Part shown: positions 1 to 14,100 of the stretch, piece after piece
Numbering within the stretch: position 1 is the first letter of the stretch
How the letters are laid out: every line of letters starts with the position of its first letter
Assembly (NCBI GenBank): GCA_963920595.1
Contig: OY986950.1
Coordinates: 2,294,001 to 2,358,000, forward strand
Reading direction: 5' to 3'
Source: Eimeria praecox
Taxonomy: Eukaryota
DNA length: 64,000 bases
Position numbers and translations under genes: made by a program
Notes under the pieces: model-generated
The model's input: the letters and a program-made list of their open reading frames with translations, nothing else
The model's database searches: none
Told to the model about the DNA's origin: nothing

Positions 1-3000
1 CTGAGCCTCCTAGTTTCTAGCAAGTATTTGCACTTCCCCTAGGGGGACCTCGCGCATCTTCAATCTTCACCGGCCACCTCTGTTATTCTGCTGGCTACGT
101 GCTAGTATTGGCCCTCCAACAGCGCTTGCCGGAGCTCAGTCATTCCGCACAAGCATGAGGCTCCTCTTGACAGATAGAGGCGGATCATGGATAGGATGGC
201 TGGAGACAAAAGGGCGAAATGCCTCGCAGATATTGGTACGCTTATTACCGGGAAGAGCCAAGCAGCTTTGTGCGTCAATATTCAATATCCTGACAGAAGT
301 TTTCAACCAGCGTAAAAATGTTAAAACTATGTAATCTTTTCTAGCATCCACCCCTGAACTGAGGAATAGTCACAATAGTCACAGAAAAAAGTGTGTGAGC
401 AACTATATGAACGAATGCGCGGGGAAGTCTTCGGGTGAGATAAGCGTGTGTATCTAGGAGGTTTGCGAACACACTTTTAGATCTAGAGGTTCCCCCAGCA
501 AACCTCATTATATGCACCCTTGCTGGCCACCGCCCTAGACATCCGTAAAAATTTAATGGGTGCTGAGGCTGTATGCACCTCCGCATGCCTACGGAATGAA
601 AACCAGGGGAGGGCAATCCTCATATGCAGCACAGGCACCTTGGCACTTTGGCTGCAAATCCTCGTGTGTAGGACCATTAGGATATGCTGTTTAAAAACTT
701 AGAGATTATCCAGAAAGTTGGATCTGCCTGAGGCTCGATGTAGGCAAGCGCCGCACTGAAGGAACACCATCATTCCCCTTACTGGCCTGAGCATTAGTAG
801 GCTACAACGAGAAAGGAAGTCCCGACTAAAAAAGGCAAGGTACAAGAACGCAGTAGGAAGCACTTCCTGCGAGCGACGTTGGGTCAGGTCACTGTTGGAC
901 ACTTCCGCTAATGTTAACGGTGAATGGTTTAGAGGGCCCACGGAACCTAGCTGCCCCTAGCAGCCGGGTCTGACAATCATGAACTGTTGTACAAAATAGT
1001 TGCCCCTAGTTTTGGAAGCTTTGAACAGTTCTTCCTGTCCATCTTCAGGTCCGCTTAAAGTCCAATAACGGAGTTCCTCTGGCTGATGATTTCACATTAC
1101 TATCGGGGGCAGCGCTACACAATGTGTGAGGCAATGACGAGAAGCGAGAGGCAAATACAGAGAGAAGAGTTTACCCCGCTATCCTTTTGAACTACATTAA
1201 GACTCTACATGCGCCTGACAATAAGCAAACGCTCCCTTACACCTCTAAACTAGACAGCTTTCTTGCTAGTAGTGCTCAGCAAGTGCGTGCTGGACACACT
1301 TTTAGGCGCTTCGCTAGGCAGTTTCTCAAAGTGGCGAGAGATCTGTGTCCCCCGACAAAAACCCAAAAATACGATACCTGAAGACGCTTAACCCGTCCAC
1401 GACATTACGTTGTTCACGACATTTAAAATAGAAGCATTGGGGAAGAGGTTAATGGTTTCCAAAAGCCAACAAAATTCCCCTCCAGGCGCCCTGCAAACTG
1501 CAGTCCAGAAAGGGGGATTCAACATACACTTGCATCTGGGGTTCGGCTGACTTGCCGCTAGCAGTGCTGCTGGCGAACGCCAGATGGAAGTATGTTGAAT
1601 CCCTCTTTCTGGAGCAGCTGCAAGCGCCACTACTCCCTGTTATGTTCCTAGGGCATCCCCCGTTTGAAAGACGGGTGAGCACCGCACTCAGTAGTGTAGT
1701 GACTCGTTAATCCTCTAGACGCAGCCTGGAGGCAGCCTCAGCTTCAGGGGAACCGGGCCAATCCCTGCAGGACGAATGGCAGAATGAGCAACACGAACTG
1801 GAAGGACTGTAGTTTTACTGCCTGTTGTAGTAAAACTCCACTATCATGAGGAAGACTGGAATTGTTGGCGTCCTCGATTGGCCTTTCATTGCTCTCAGGG
1901 GAAGATGGTCGAGCAAGAGGGCAAGCAGCTCGTTGGTGTGGGGAGTGTCTCCTTGCACAGTAACAATGTCCAGTTGACGATCAAAAATCGTAAGATTGCC
2001 TCGGGCCATCTTTGGCAAGCCCAAGAGCCAAACCCTTCCAAAACGGGTGTTTCTGCTTCGGAACACGTGCGGCGAGCCCACTGAGCTTCCTCCCTCTGGG
2101 AATATCGCGGCCCCTGCAACTCCAGGGACGTCAGATTTCGGGACTGTAAACCGTAATTTGTTGAAGCTACCAACAATTTGAGGAATCGTTCTCCTTAGAC
2201 ACGTAGGAACTCTTCTTGAATTTATAGTATGTTCAGCCTGGTGAGGGACGCCTAGTGGGCACTTAGAGAGCTGGAGAACAGTAATACAAAGGACCACAGG
2301 GCATGCTGCATTCGACTCTAATAAACAAGCCAGTCGGGAGGTTGCATTCACACTTTTAGTAATATCAGTGCTCGTCTGACAGCCGACTCCTCACACCTGC
2401 TTTTGTTAGTGCCTTCTTCTGGGCGTGCCCCTTTGTGGTCTGGCTTCAAGTCAGTTGCATGCGCTTTCCTCTGGTCGCCGCGCTAGAGGCAGCATTACAG
2501 GCAACTGGCTTTGTCTGCAGGGACGGTACTGAAAGCGCTCCATATTCATCTAGCAGAGTATGCTCCCTCAAAGTCTCAGCACCAAACGCAACTAGATGCA
2601 ACGTATGCGAGACTGCAGAGTACTAGGTCAACGTACCACAGCAGGCAAAGGTATATTTCATCAGCGTAGCGGCACTGGAGGTCAACGGCTCTGTAACGTC
2701 CTTAACGACAAAACATAGGTTCTCTGCGCAGCAGGGAATTCACCGCTGATCTTCTGTGAGCTCCATCCCGAGGTATATCTCATCATTCTCGTAAGTGAAC
2801 TAAGCCCACTGCTAAGCCAAGCGTCATTAAGAGGGGTTCCACGCTTAGCACGTGTTAGTCTCAGCCAGAATCACCTAGTGGAGTGAGAATTCGGCCTTAC
2901 AACAGCGAGTCTTAATTTTTGCTGTGAGCTGCAGATAGGCGGAGTAGTTCATAAGCATGCGGAATTAGGGACAATTCGCCATAAGCTACACCGAAGTTCT

Positions 3001-3100
3001 GTAAAACAATCCCGATGCGTGAGCAGGAGCATGCTGATGCGCCTTGTCGCTCTAGGAGGCATTACCTCCGCCAGCCTACTCTGCGTGCCGGGTACGGACC
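1..3100 (-). mobile_element. Decayed Ty3/gypsy LTR retrotransposon relic (protease-RT-RNase H; integrase would lie beyond the window start)
   Basis: Minus-strand motifs in canonical pol order. Protease-like 'LACLLESNAACPVV' (~2330) and 'WLLGLPKMARGNLTIFDRQLDIVTV' (~2030; cf. ILGMPWL..P.IDW). 'TINLFPNA' (~1450). RT 'LPHTLCSAAP' (~1130; cf. MPFGLCNAP). 'AFLYLAFFSRDFLSRCSLL' (~850; cf. SFLGLANYYRRF). RNase H 'HPLNFY', 'HAYLTRRLPRAFVHIVAH' and 'LRWL...LPGNKRTNICEAF' (136-620). Many stops and frameshifts; the gag boundary is a guess. Confidence 0.65.
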
Positions 3101-3399
3101 GGGGGAGACGTACTCCTATTGAGGAGACTGATGGAATTACCTAGCTGTGGGGGTGACTCGAGGCTTTCCTTGAGAGCGTGCTTCGTAATAAACCAGAGTC
3201 GCGAAGTACAGACCCGTTCACTGCAGGCAAGAAGCCAGTGTGCACTGCTACTGCGGTTAACTGGAATGTCAAAATGCTTGGTAAGCAGAGTCAATTAATA
3301 TGCGACATACTTTCACTGACTGCACGCAGGAAAACAGGCTTGCGTGCTGAGGTAGAACCCCTGCCGATAACCCATGAAGGTTAGTGCTTGTTCAGTGTC

Positions 3400-5760
3400 T
3401 GCCCGTCAACAGTTAAGCCAGCGTCTCTCCGAGGTAAGCCCTTATTCACAGTGCACAAGCAGCGATAGATGTAACACGGCAGATGGACAAAGATTCATTT
3501 CAGTGGACAGGCCTGGCATGCGTCTATTGTGGGCAGGGCACTCGGATGAATCAGCTCAAGCACACGGTAATGTGACACGTTTCTTTCTCGGAGGGAATCA
3601 GCTCCTAGGGCCTAGCGTGTTATGCCTTTATGGGGCATTTTCAACACCTGAAGCCGCTGTCATCACCCTGTACCATGAGGATCGTACAGAGCCAGACACG
3701 CTCAGGCACCCGTATTATGTCGAGACGACAAAAAAAGTCTTGTACAGTTTTCCTCCACAACGCAATGACCTGCTGCACACCTACTAGGTTCCACGTAGGC
3801 AAACAGAAAACGCACTAGGGAGCAGCGTTGCGACCTCGCCAAGTAGGAGGGGAGCAGTAGTCAGGCGGTATTTCGTTTTGAACTTCATTAAATACAGAAT
3901 GATCGACTAGAAATATTCATCCAATCAATGTGTGGGGGGAACTGTACTTCGGGGCAAATTATTTGGCTGCACCTACGTGACAGGATACTCCTTGGTCCCA
4001 CTTCATCCTTTCGCTAAGGCTGAGGATGTCTCTCAGCTGTGGGGCTGTGCAGTCCCTTATTTGTGGGTTTTAGAGGGTGTGGGACCAAGGAGTATCCTGC
4101 CGCGTAGGTGCAGTCAGTCGTTTCATTCTTTTGCTATGGATGATTGTGTCTCTCCGCTGTAGGGTCGTGCAGTCCTTATTTGTCGGGTTTAGAGGCAACG
4201 GCGGACAGATAACAGTGCGCAGCATGGAATTGTCAAGCAAAGTGCACTAATGAAGCCCCTTTGCATGCTGCTTGGATTAGCGCAGGCGATGCCAGGTGGG
4301 ATCCCTCTGGGTGGAACGCCAGAGGCAATAGTCAGCAAATCTGGTATTGCCGGAGGGCGAACTGATATTGCCTGTGTGTTAATGTAATATAAATTAGCCA
4401 CTTAGCTGATCCTAAGACCATCAATTCCGTCAACACCATTGCGCACTGGCTCTAAGGAGCAGTTACGTCGGTCGTCAGCAACTGCACGAGAATGCAGTTT
4501 TGCTTTTGGCTGCCCTCCTCTGCAGGTCCACTTTTCCAGTGAGGGCTCAAGTAACGGGATGCTGCACAAGCACAAACGGAGCAGATTTTGTTACCGACAA
4601 GCACAGGAATATCCCACGTCTAGCCGGATTCAAAGCTAAAGGCCAACAAATCTTCGGAGGAGCGCACGCTCTAAACCGTTGCTACAGCACTCTAAAACTG
4701 GGGGCGCCAGCTTCCCCAGTCCATGGTTGTAGATAAACGAAACAACGGGGCAACAGCCCATCGCGCTGGACTTAATGGGAGACCAAGACTTTGTGCGGCT
4801 TCTCTACCAGCACGGCTCACAATGGCGCACCTACGAACCGGAAACGGGTCTTCCCAGTTGTGGCTTTGCACCGACCCTTGCCTCGAAAGGCCAGCAGCGC
4901 CCTATCCCTTTTCGTCACCCGTTGTCTTGCAGAAACATCAAGGAACTCGCCTGTAGCGACTGGTGCCGCCAAAACATGTCGGGGCGTAGGGAAGAAGCGG
5001 CGACGTTTCAGTTTAAGTTGACGCCCTGAACGCTGGAGTGTTTCTGATGCTGCTGGAAGTCAGCTGGCTAGCTACAGGCTTGTCAATCGATGCCCAAACA
5101 TCGCCCTGAGTAAACCTCCCTAAAAGGGTTTCACTACTTACTCCAGCGATCATCCGAGGACCGACGAATAACTGGAGCTTGCAGGAGTTGGGGCACGATG
5201 TGCGCGAGCTGCCAGACTCCCGCTCCCCGTTAAGTAGACTGCCGCATCCCCTGTTGCATTCAGCACTGACTTCCAATCGCGTGGCGCAGCACTCCGGGGG
5301 TTATTTTATTTTGTCAATTTGCGTCTGCTCAAGGCTTCAATCATTAGGAGGGGAACAAGCGGCGATTGCTCTCACCGGGCCTCATGCCCTCGGGCAAGCT
5401 TGCTTGCCGTTGCGTTCTATCTTCCCTTTTTTGCGCGCTGCAAAGGTGCTAAATCGGGATAGCCTACGCACAAAATCTATTGCATATTGTGAAGCTTTTA
5501 GCCATAGGCGGACCTGCCAGCAGACGTTCCTGCTTGGCTATCAGCGAATAGCAGTGGCGTGCAATGAGAATCTGTAGGGGTGAACCAATCTCAGGACAAG
5601 ATCCCTTCACGAACCTAGAACAGCGAACTGTGGTAACGCAAAATGCTGCTTCGGCTTGGTTTTTGCGCGGAACTGGCCTACGACAGCAGATCTGTCTGTG
5701 TTACGGACCACCGTCCCAGCCAAGCATTGGGCTGCCTAGCGATAGATGCGATTAGTATGC
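3400..5760 (+). mobile_element. Decayed chromovirus pol relic (RNase H-integrase-chromodomain), probably related to the 24.8-28.5 kb copy
   Basis: Motifs in order: 'TRFFLGGNQLLG' and 'EPDTLRHPYYVET' (3570-3730, RT connection/RNase H start), 'SHLADPKT' (~4400, zinc finger), 'DFVTD' (~4585), 'FRHPLSCRNIKE' (cf. YHPQSDGRTE), 'LLEVSWLATGLSIDAQTSP' (cf. LEVAYKTTSHSSTELSP in the 27.8 kb copy), and chromodomain-like 'LRGTGLRQQ' (~5670; cf. HRGTGGDAQY). Confidence 0.55.
4027..4195. repeat. Imperfect ~50-bp direct repeat, period ~120 bp
   Basis: tgtctctcagctgtggggctgtgcagtcccttatttgtgggttttagagg (4027-4076) versus tgtctctccgctgtagggtcgtgcagtccttatttgtcgggtttagagg (4147-4195). Confidence 0.85.
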
Positions 5761-6089
5761 ATTTCAGAGTTAGAAACGGTGTTTCGTCTTTCTTTATTCC
5801 GCTGACTACGGGGAACAAAGTAATGCAACGGTATAGGGCTGCAGTGCTGTGTTCGCTATACTTGGTGGCACAGATGTTTCTGTGAGTGAGTTTTGTTTCC
5901 GCTTTGGCCACCAGTCAAGATGATTTTGTGATAAGCGGACACGGGCGTTCCCATGCGCCGTTTTGGATCCTGTTCACGGTGGAGAAACCCCCCCGTATTT
6001 TGAAACAGATACCGGAGTCGATTGTTGTGCTTGATGGATGCGGGTAGTGCGAAACACAGTGAGGGCAGTGCATTACTCCTCAGCAGGCA

Positions 6090-9000
6090 AGGTCAGTGGA
6101 TATCGCTGTTTTCATCAGCTGGAACCTGGACTGTAATGTAGTACCACCCTGTCCTATAATCATAATCTAACTTGCTGTTAAGGGGTTTGTGAAGAAAGTT
6201 TGGGTCGCTACATGAGTGTGCAGCGGCGTCAACTGAAAGCTGGATTAGCAGCGCCAGAATAAAAGTGCATACACTGGCTGCTCCTGCTTTGCATGCATTA
6301 TCACGCGATAAACCAGTCGCTGTCATTCCCGGGGAAGGAGTCCGGAGAAAGCCACATCTGCAAGGATACGCCTGCTGCCCTTCGAAGGCCATGCGTCTGG
6401 GGAAAAATCTAAACGGGCAAGCGTCCGAAAAACCTTTCAGGCTGTCGGCGCTACAGGAGTCTTTGAGAAGCGCATCGCTGTGGAGAACGGTGAATCATAC
6501 ACGGGCATGGCGACAGGAAAGTTCAAATAGCACAGACCTTGCAACACGAGGCTGCAGGAAAAGAGTGTGAGCGCTGGTTTTTAGCACCAGGATATATAGG
6601 CGCTGCTGCCGTGAACACCCTCTTGCTCACTAAACATGCCAATATATGGAAACCGCAGCTGACCCAGCAGACTATTGCGTTATGTTATGCCAAAAGACGT
6701 CGCGCTACAGATAAATGAGTGCGTTGATGGTCAAAGTTCCGAGCTCTAAGAGACGTGCTGCAGCGAGCAGTTGGCAGGCCTGTGGAGTGGATGCAAGTTA
6801 TCTAACGGCAGGCAATGGGATGCGACCCAGTAGAGGGATAGAAAGATCTTGCTCTAACGAGAGCCTCCCAGAAGGCCGGAAATGGCGATGACATATTCGG
6901 CGATTTCTATTTTTTGTTTGCCTAGTTTCCATAGTTCTGGCTGGCGAAAACTAGGAGCCTCAGTAATGCTGTATTTAGGAAAATTCCCAGTACTCTTGTC
7001 CTGTAGGTAGAGGATTACTTAAGCTAGTTCTCCTGGGTGGGATTTTGGTGCCATTTCCTAATTTTCTATTGAAATTTGTAGTAATCGCCAATTATTTCGG
7101 CGGCCCTCTTTAGTCGGGAAGGGTGGATAGGTGAAAAATCGTGCACCTCAGCCTGGTTAGTTCTAGAGAAGATTGCGCCGCTGAGCTGGTTAACAGATTC
7201 ACCATGGGCTTTGAGCCTCTCCATCACACCTCTTCCAATCCGGGCAGGCGATCATTCTGGGAAGGCCCACGACTGGGGCGGTCTGTTCGGACCTACGGCA
7301 TAGCTTCAAGGATTGGAATCAATTTTGATGCTTAGATATCGAGACATAGGGATTTGTTGAAAACCTGGAGAACACGCGTAGAGTACTTTAGCCGGAGCGC
7401 AACTACAATTGGAGCCAAGGCCTCAACTTACATTCGAGGAGCCGATTCTCTCCTTGATCAAAGATCGGAAGTATGCTCCAGCTGTTGGGAGCCACAGCTT
7501 TTTGGATACCGATTAAACTGGTAGGGCTCGGTAAAACCCTCACCCCGCTAAGAAGGCCAAAAAGTTTTGTATTGAGGTAGCACTGGGCTATATTTTGCTG
7601 CGGTCTCTTCCAGGTGCATTGCGAACACTAAAGAAGTACAGCCTTGAAAAGCAACCCTGCTGATTGCGGAATGCACGATGAATGCCAGAAATAGTTAACA
7701 GGTGATGATATATATGATATGAGTGTATAAAAAGCCGGAAACTATAGCATATCAGCGATTCTAGAAAAAAGCGTACTATAATTTATTTCTGTCTTCAGCT
7801 TTCTCGTTTCTTTGCAGTAACCCAAAAGCACACGTATTACGCGCACAAGCCATTTTTTGACAAGCCTATATTTTCTGGAGTTCAGGAGAATTGGAGACCC
7901 GCGCAGCAGGGCTCTACCGTGCTTCGTAGTAACCATAACCCTGTCGGGCAACGAGGACAAACACATTAGGCCATGCTAGGGTACAGGGTAGTATATTCGT
8001 ATGTGCCACATGGGCAGTTGAACTCAACGAGCCTACTAGAAATATTGCTATCTTTGCTTTTCCCCTATTTTAGCCAAACGACCTGATCCCTTTCGCTAGT
8101 TTGTAATAGACTGGCATACCCCCCTAGAAGGTGTTAGGTTAGTAAATATGGCTCCGTATTACAAGAGTACTTGCAATATGCCAATGTCTGCTGGGCTGTG
8201 TCCTGTTCCCCACACTGCACGCTGCCAAAATATATGGAGAGCGGTTACTCGTTTATGTTTCGCTCGAGAATCTTAATCCTACCCTCTTTTCATTTCCTGG
8301 GTGGGCGCAATTCCGGCTACCTGAAGCGGGAGAGGTAGGCGGCAGTTGGGCACCCTATTTTCTATTACTTAGCAACAATTAGAGTGCCTTATTGTGTTTA
8401 TTTAGCCAACTAATACAATTAGGCTTAACGCTCTGCAGTTTCGGTTTACAGTCTTTTCATCGGCTAGGGGGCAAACCCATTCACTCGGTCTAATATGCAT
8501 ATGTTTTATGAGAAGGCCATGCTGTGGGAAAGTATAACAACTTAATATTAATCATCCTTTGAAATTGCAAGCGAACGATCGTTTAAGCGAGGCCTATGGA
8601 GTGGTATCGAGCGCCGAAGTCAACCTTTGACAAATATGTATTAGAATCTAAAAGTGGAATTAGGTTGGCTGGCTGATTAGGATGTTTAGAATGATCGTTG
8701 AGTGTTCGCAGTAAATCTGGCAAGCCGCTAATTGGAAATTTCTCAAGGGGATTCGAAACCGGGTTGCTAGCGACACAGGCTGTTCTGTCGCGCCTTCCCA
8801 AATGGTTTTTTCTCTTATTCACGAAGCGCGACCGCAGTGCTCCGCGTTGTGCCAGTTCAGTTCAAAGATGGACCGCATATAGGAACATTGAACAGATCCC
8901 TTAGCAAGAAAGTAAGGTATAGTTAAATTTATGATTTTATAACAATTGCTTGTAACAGAATGCGAGTGTTTGAAAAAGTCATTATTAGACTAGCGAGGAA

Positions 9001-9400
9001 CGGCGAGTATCCGTCCCGAAAAGGCAGCATTTCTGAGAATAAGTGGCGTCTGGAGGCTGGCTTGGGGCTGCGGGATTGGCCGGATTTGGAATGGTCTTGC
9101 ACTTAGGAAAACTTTGTGTTGCGTCCTAATACAGTGGCGAAGCCTCTTTTGAAATGTTGGCAACAGGACAACCCTCAAGTGGATAGCGGCCAAAAGGCCG
9201 CCTTCGGGGGAGGTGCGGAAGCCTTTACAAATATCAGGCTAGGCCTGCGAGCCGCAAAAAAATTTAAGGAGGCGAGGCTTGCCGTTGAAGCTTGATGGAG
9301 GTGAAAACGCAAAGACCCGATTAAGTAGTTGATCGTGAGAACATGTAAAGGCCTAATGAAAGAGAAATGCGATTTTCTCAATTCCTTTCTTGTTTTGAAA
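6090..9400 (-). mobile_element. Heavily decayed Ty3/gypsy pol relic
   Basis: RT 'LRTLNDHSKHPNQPANLIPLLDSNTYLSKVDFGARYHSI' (8583-8720; cf. YRALN...LLD...YFSKIDL.SGYHQI). RNase H 'RKLKTEINYSTL' (~7790). Integrase start 'PLPTGQEYWEFS' (~7000). Possible chromodomain 'KLDYDYRTGWYY...PADENS' (6100-6180). Confidence 0.55.
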
Positions 9401-11189
9401 GTACAAAACCCCGTTTCGTGCTAAGTTAAAAATTATTAACCACAATCGAAATCTTTTTTATCTCTGTTTTCACAAAATTGCTATGATCCGTTTAGAGTAC
9501 GACTAGAAAATGTACACCTCTTGAGTCTGAGAGTGCTTGTGGGGAGGTAGAAGGGTTTAATACTAGAGGCTCCACAGTAAAAGAAGGTAAAAAATCTCAT
9601 GCCAAACATTCCTGCAGAGACTGCCTATTCTTGGTTCTTTGGAGTACCAGAAAGCAAACAAAAACCCGTTGCCCTCCGTATATTCATCATAGACAAGATA
9701 TTCACTTAGAAGCTCAAATCCGTCCCACAAAAACCTTTGGGCATTCCTGATGCCGGTGGCTGCAGCATTTTATTTAAGGCTGAGCCATTACGAAAGTTTC
9801 TGCTTTGCGGGCTGACTCCCAGCCATCTCTGGAATGGTTCGGGGATCCGTGAGCCCGTTCTCCACTTTCTGACACTGCACTCCAGAGATTGCTGTCCACT
9901 TGATGGTAGCAGCGAACTCGATTGATATAAGGTAAACACGTTGCAGGTTTCGTTAACAACATTCGGCAACGCTCTGATAGGAGGGAACTTCATAAGGGGC
10001 GTTGCGGTAAGCATTATGAGCTGTAGGAGTGGCTCCGGCGACATCATCAAAGCACAGTGGAGACAGGCAACAGATCAAATTACCACACGAGAGAAGAAAT
10101 GCACCAAAAATTATGCCCGCCTGTTCGTATCGTCAAAACGTAATGCGAAGCCTTTCGCTGTCTCAACTGGATTTGCCGTAAGAGAATAGTGTTACGCATG
10201 TGGTGCGAAAGTTGCGCTAAAAGAAAGTGCGCCTGGTGATTTTCCCAGTTTCATTCCAGTTCCTCCGTTATGCATCTTCACCAGACCGCGATTGCGCAGA
10301 ACAATCAATTTACTGAATATTTGGAACAATGCGGAAGCGGAACAAACGCACTATTGCAGTTTAACCCCCCTGTCAACCCACATTCATACCAATGCAGCAG
10401 CACAGGAGGCGCAGGGTGCACAAAGCCTAGACGACTTAGTTGGGGAAAAATTGCACAGTTTTACAGATTCTGAGGTTCTTCACGCTTGTGAGCTTCTTGG
10501 CCAAACAAATTTTTGCAAAAATAAAAGGTCTTCGACAGACAAGGACAATACAGTAAACGCGCTCTGGGCTTCCCACCCTGCATGTATTTGCATCTTCAAA
10601 TCTCAACTATCCCATTGTTCTGACTCTAACCCCCGGGGAGAGGAACCTGTTGCGAATTCAAGGCAGAGTACAGCATCTGTCCGCTCTGCTCAGTGCAGGC
10701 CTTCAACCGTGGAATTACAGGCTTTCCATAATCTTGTATTGAAGCTGTGAGCGCGCCCTCGACGCCAACCTGCTTTGCCCTCTCTTGGTCGTTATGATTT
10801 TTGCCGCTATTACCGTCATGAATCTGCCGAGTTTCTGAGGACTCAGATGTTCATGCACATAACAGGTACCTCACTCTACCTGCCGACTTAGACAAACCCT
10901 GCACTGCGTTGAAATGGTTATTGTCTCTTCTATTCCTGGTAATGTCAGTTGCCAATCCCCACAAGGGAGACCTTTTACCGTTATGTGGGCGATTTCAAAG
11001 AGCACAGGCTCTTTCACCGCTGATATACAAGCAACCCAAAACTGATATCACGTTTGAGAGTTCTAAATTCAGTGCAGGCTAGCAGTAGAAATTGCCAAAC
11101 ACGTAATGGAGGAAGGGTTTTGCACAAGAATGGAGGCGCCGTTAGGTGTATTAGAACGGTTTCGTGGAAAAATGCGGAGCTTAAGAATC

Positions 11190-14100
11190 ACCACTTCACA
11201 CGATCTTGAACACCTGCACCTCTCTGGCAGTTCTCCAGGTTAAATATCACCCAGTGGCCAGGAACCGAAATGGTTGGTTGACATGAAGTCGCCAATCTGA
11301 GACATAGGGCAGCATAGGCGTAGAGAGAGGCGGCTTGCATTATATTCTCAGGGGGCTGCTCCTCATCACCCTCATCAGTCATGGGGGTGTGTTCTCAAAA
11401 GCCCCTCCCGAATCATTGTGTACGCTTTTTTTTACCGAGGGGGAAAGAGAAAATATTTCCAAGGATCGTTGCGGCCATTTCCGAAAGCATGCTTCAAACC
11501 ATGCTTAGCAAAAACGCTCAACAACAGGTTAAGCATTTGGCTCCTCAAACATAAAATTTCCGGTTTACGATAAAACAAAACAAAGCCTGAGGAGTTACAC
11601 GCATATATGGCGACTTAATCGGCCGAAAAACAAAATATTCAAATTTATATGACACCGCAGTACGATGAACCAACGGATAACTCATCTATAACATGAAGAC
11701 AACGGAATGCACACAAATCCATGGAATTTCTGTATTTTGCTTCAATCCTTTGACGCCGCTGTATTCTGTTTCTACTGGAGACTTATGTTAACTAACCAGA
11801 ATAACCCGATGTTTTTGTGTAAGCACAGACTCGGAAAAGCGCATTGGAAAATATCAAATTGTATTTATTAAAAATGCACGCAGTGGACGGCGCAAAAATT
11901 CAAAACGATCAATTCTCTTCGAAAGCACGGATACCACAGAGTACATGACTCAGACTGAGCTATTGCCTCTGAGGTGAAAATATACAAAGGCCCCAACCGA
12001 GATTATGGAAAAACCTAGCTGTCCCAGCAGTCCGTGTCTGCCTTGTTAGCCTGCCTCACCCTTTTTTCATTTAAACGGCAATTGACACCTCCTATGGGCC
12101 GGCTACTTCCTCGTGCACCAAACCGGCCTGCCAGCCTCCCATCACATTAACCCCAGATAACAGTGCCTCCATGTAGAAGCCTTCGAGACACCCTGTAGAC
12201 AGCCTCTCAACTTTTTCCAAAAGTTTTCCATACTATAGGCAATGCAGCAATATTGTGTATAATCTCAGGCTCGCGAATCCCCCGGCTTCACGTTTCTACT
12301 ATAGGGGAGTGGTCAGTACAAAAGCTCCAAGGTATGGTATAGCCTACGCAGAGGATTGGTGCTAAAGATAAGGTGTGGAAACCCGGGGCTGACCAGATGA
12401 ATCCCGAGAATTGCTATTTCCACTGTATCTAATGCGAGTTCGCGAGGTAACCAAGAATTAGCCGGCCTCTACCTAGAGTGCGAAGTCACTGAAAACTCCG
12501 TCAACTAAAAAAACGTAGGCAATCAGAATCGACGAGTAACCGCCTGGCACCATGACGCGGAATTGACCTTTCTAATTGAATTTAACGGGAACAATTCGAG
12601 CTCAGGGAAATTCCCTGTATGCTGGTAATTCTGGCCAGAGACTGAGCCCAGCATCGCCGTATAATCACCTTATAGAACCCGTCCGTACAGTACAGCAAGA
12701 CCAATATAACCCTGTTTTCTGATGCCGCTATGCGCTATAGAAAGGCTTTGACCGTCCCATATACACGCAACCACCATGTTAGCAATGGGCCCCACGCCTT
12801 GTGTAACCCAGGAAACACGGCGAATGCGCATCATACCACCTCCTGCTTGTGCATCAGGGCTTTGAGCCCCAGAACAAAATGCCGCGGTTGCGGTTGTGCC
12901 CCGTCTGGTTCCTGGGAAAGCGGTTTTTCATGATATATTAAAGAGATGCGAGTGCAGGCCTGAGCCAACGCAGAAGGACACCTCGAAGGTAAGAGCCCGC
13001 TAGAGCGCCAGCCTGTTCCACACATTATCTCCACAGCAAAACGAGGCGTGGCGGATACGTCTTTATCTTAAGAGTTTATGTCATCAAGAAGCAATCTGGC
13101 CCACATCATATAGACTCCAAGCGCACCATGTTCGAGTGGGGTGGGCTATGCCGAAGGCGATACAGGTCTAGCATACGGGGCAAATGATAGCGCTCCAGCC
13201 AATGCTTTAGTAAACGAATACGGCTTATCCGCATCTTAATAATTCTGGCGCCCCCGCATGGTAGGCAAACTGTTCGTACGGTGGCCTCCAGACAGCACAG
13301 GCAACAACTGAACCCAACATTCCGTCACCAAACACGAGGCTTGCCTCAACCTTGAGGTGCCCACCAGAGGGCACGCTCACGTGCGTGACGAGAAAGCGGC
13401 GCGCGGAAGAGGACGCGCTGAACCACCGCAGCTACCATCAGTGCGCAATCCTGCAGCCGGCTAGCCAGCATCTGTCTGCTCCACTCAGTGATGTGTATGA
13501 CAAGCCTCCAATCCTTACTCATTAAAGTGGCACCCCGTATGATGCCCGCTGAAAAGGGCAGCCAGGCAAGAACCCTCTGCTCCGCTTACTGCATCCGTGC
13601 CATCTCCCTCAGCTTTCCGCTTTCCCTTATTGCGTCTCTCGCCTCAGGGCTAAATGTCCGTCACGACCAACTGGCAAAAAAAGAAATGCATCTTTCACTT
13701 ACATTCGGCTCTTTCTTCAATCAACCCCTGATTTTATTGCCATAGGTTTTTTTTCCGTTGATCGTATCCTAGTCGCCATCGACACCCACCGTGGCACGGT
13801 GGGTGACGATGCAAAACATAAACAACTAAAATCTAAGCACGTGCTCACCAGCGCGTACAATTTCATATGTGGACCATACAACGGGCTGGGATAACCACAG
13901 GGCTTGCTAATGCTAAATCCCTGCTGTAGCTGGCATGCACCTTGACTGAGGGTGAGTCCCTGCGGTAGCTCTCTTTTCGTGTCCCCGCCGTTCCTGCAGC
14001 CACAGTTGGCCAGGGCTTGTTGCCTCTCCTGATAGCCCCACTTAAATTACTCTTTCTCCAGTCTATTAGTTCCTTTCGTCTCTTTGCAGGTTAGAACTAT

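Noticed and set aside
6093..6300. Secreted aspartyl protease-like start ('LALLIQLSVDAAA..GWYYITVQV')
   Set aside because: No DTG/DSG catalytic motif in a spliceable frame; its position at the 3' end of a minus-strand pol relic fits a decayed chromodomain better.
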